A stretch of DNA of 6,275 nucleotides from the IMG/VR virus record IMGVR_UViG_3300045988_001142, positions 1 through 6,275 of that record. One strand, given 5' to 3'. The stretch is from a virus. Positions within the stretch are counted from its first letter, which is position 1; each line of letters opens with the position of its first letter. The position numbers and the translations under genes were made by a program. Positions 4,844-6,275 of this stretch are shown one piece after another. The notes below the pieces were generated by a model. It searched no databases. It saw nothing but the letters and a program-made list of their open reading frames with translations, and was not told the origin of the DNA.

Positions 4844-6275
4844 TTAATAAGGTAAACCATTTCGATCCAAGTTCTGAACGGCATAAACTTGGAAATTAAC
4901 ATTACAAATCAACTGATCAAAAGCAAGAGAATACGAAGACACAGTAACTTGAGGTAAGAATATAGAATTCATTTGGAACGGGAACACTTTCATAGATTTA
5001 TAGTTCCAAAGACCAGTACGAGTCAAAAGGTTTTCACCTCCTAAAGGCGCAGCCCATGCTTGATAAGCTAATTGAGGACGAAGGGCTCCGTTAACACGAT
5101 CGATATCGGATTTCCATTGCCAATAGCGAAGATTATAACCAAGATTACCAGTACCGTCACCAGACATGTTCTTAGAATTAACCAGAGCTAATTGAGGAAC
5201 AGGTTGCATGCCTAATTGATCGAACGCAGGCTGAGGGAAATCAGATATAGAAGTCACCATTAACTGAGGATGTTGACCAGTAGAAGCCCAATCCAACATA
5301 GGAACAGCATGATAAACACACATAATTACACAGTGCTCAGCACCACAATCATAAGTAATTTCATGGCCACTATTAGAGCTAACACCTTTACCAGCAATAC
5401 TAGCTTGAGAAGCATCAGTATCAAGGTTAGTATTAACTACTTCATTGATATTAATAACAGAAGACCAACCACCAATATAGTGAGCGTGATTACCCATATA
5501 CTCAGGGGCTTTAATACCAAATTGAGCAGCCATTTGATCTGAGTAATCTTTGCTAGAGAATTGAACTACTTCTTTCCAGCGCTGGAGGTATTCTGTTGCA
5601 CGAATTGAAAGGGCGGAAAGGTCAGAATTAACATAAGCAATCCGATTAGAAGTATCAGTATTAGTAGAAGCCAACGAAGTCCCATTAGCTGCATTAGAAA
5701 CACGACCGATAGAACCAGAATCACCCGAAAATTTACGAGAAAGAACTACAACATTAGAAGGATCAAGATTAGTTAAAGAAGGTAGAACAGCAACCGAACC
5801 ATACTGAGATGCAGGAAGAACTCCCATAAACATATCCTTGGGGTAATTACAGTAACGTAATTGCATCCAAGTAGCGGACATGGTTTGTTTCGTAAACGCG
5901 GACTTACCGTCCCAATAATCTACATTATAAGAGAAAGCCTGATGCTTTTCCCATTGAGAATTGCTGTAAAAGTCAAAGTATATTTTCTGATAAGATAATA
6001 AAGGTAACAGGTTAACCGCAACCGATTTCTTATACAAAAGAGGATTTAGATTATCATCCAGATCAGTGATACCTGTATACGAAGATGTTACAATATCCTT
6101 GGATAAGGAATTAGGATCAAGAATAGAACCGTAATTCAGATAGTCAAGTAACTTACAAGCACCATAACGATACGGAATATTAGCGTCATCCAAAAGAGCA
6201 GCAGCGTTTGAAAGATAATCACTAATAACAGAAGTAGTAGTGTACGGAACAGAAGTTAATTGTTCTGCATTAGAA
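4844..6275 (-). CDS. Major capsid protein VP1 (F-like), C-terminal segment; unique part is 4844..6220, joined length 1,746 nt = 581 aa
   Basis: Tracked ORF 4844..6193. Its listed start is a TTG at 6193..6191 and is really an internal Leu, since the frame stays open to the window end. It contains a conserved microvirus capsid block: SIRATEYLQRWKEVVQFSSKDYSDQMAAQFGIKAPEYMGNHAHYIGG. Stop TAA at 4846..4844. Confidence 0.95.
   Translation of the reverse strand, partial: SNAEQLTSVPYTTTSVISDYLSNAAALLDDANIPYRYGACKLLDYLNYGSILDPNSLSKDIVTSSYTGITDLDDNLNPLLYKKSVAVNLLPLLSYQKIYFDFYSNSQWEKHQAFSYNVDYWDGKSAFTKQTMSATWMQLRYCNYPKDMFMGVLPASQYGSVAVLPSLTNLDPSNVVVLSRKFSGDSGSIGRVSNAANGTSLASTNTDTSNRIAYVNSDLSALSIRATEYLQRWKEVVQFSSKDYSDQMAAQFGIKAPEYMGNHAHYIGGWSSVININEVVNTNLDTDASQASIAGKGVSSNSGHEITYDCGAEHCVIMCVYHAVPMLDWASTGQHPQLMVTSISDFPQPAFDQLGMQPVPQLALVNSKNMSGDGTGNLGYNLRYWQWKSDIDRVNGALRPQLAYQAWAAPLGGENLLTRTGLWNYKSMKVFPFQMNSIFLPQVTVSSYSLAFDQLICNVNFQVYAVQNLDRNGLPY
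6221..6275. repeat. Terminal direct repeat, right copy; assembly overlap of a circular genome
   Basis: Exact 55-nt copy of 1-55. Unit genome length is therefore 6,220 nt. Confidence 0.95.

Noticed and set aside
5270-5542. Plus-strand 90-aa ORF antisense to VP1
   Set aside because: It is inside the capsid gene on the opposite strand, with Asn/Ile/Thr/Ser-rich noise composition.
6191-6193. The track's start for the capsid ORF (449 aa, listed as M at 6193)
   Set aside because: The codon is TTG, and the frame stays open upstream to the window end and, through the 55-nt overlap, to a true ATG at 369. This is an internal Leu, not the start.
1-6275. Search for a CRISPR array, IS or transposon ends, an integrase, or toxin-antitoxin or other defence genes
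   Set aside because: None was found. The only long repeat is the 55-nt assembly overlap. All sizeable ORFs are accounted for by the microvirus gene set or are shadow ORFs.

Overview
The window is one complete circular ssDNA microvirus genome (family Microviridae), given as the reverse complement of its coding strand. The first 55 nt (1-55) are repeated exactly at 6221-6275, so the unit genome is 6,220 nt. The contig was opened inside the major capsid gene. All credible genes lie on the minus strand and are tightly packed, with junctions of 25, 11 and 2 nt, or ATGA-type overlaps. Gene order on the coding strand: VP1/F-like major capsid protein (starts 369, wraps across the junction, ends 4844; 581 aa once joined); a 150-aa acidic protein; VP2/H-like DNA pilot protein (380 aa); a 456-nt non-coding region; a 64-aa ORF; a small hydrophobic ORF; a 102-aa M15-type zinc peptidase; and an unusually long VP4/A-like rolling-circle Rep (604 aa). 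Genome size, the long Rep and the absence of Shine-Dalgarno sequences suggest an Alpavirinae-like, Bacteroidota-infecting lineage. That placement is inference from memory of those families, not an alignment. Three regions deserve a second look. (1) The 456-nt non-coding region holds a multi-hairpin island of about 58% GC in an otherwise compact AT-rich genome. (2) The membrane peptide and M15 peptidase form a holin/endolysin-like cassette, with a possible overprinted two-TM ORF. (3) The Rep is roughly twice the usual length, and its +1 frame is unusually open. No tRNA, rRNA, CRISPR array, transposase or integrase is visible.
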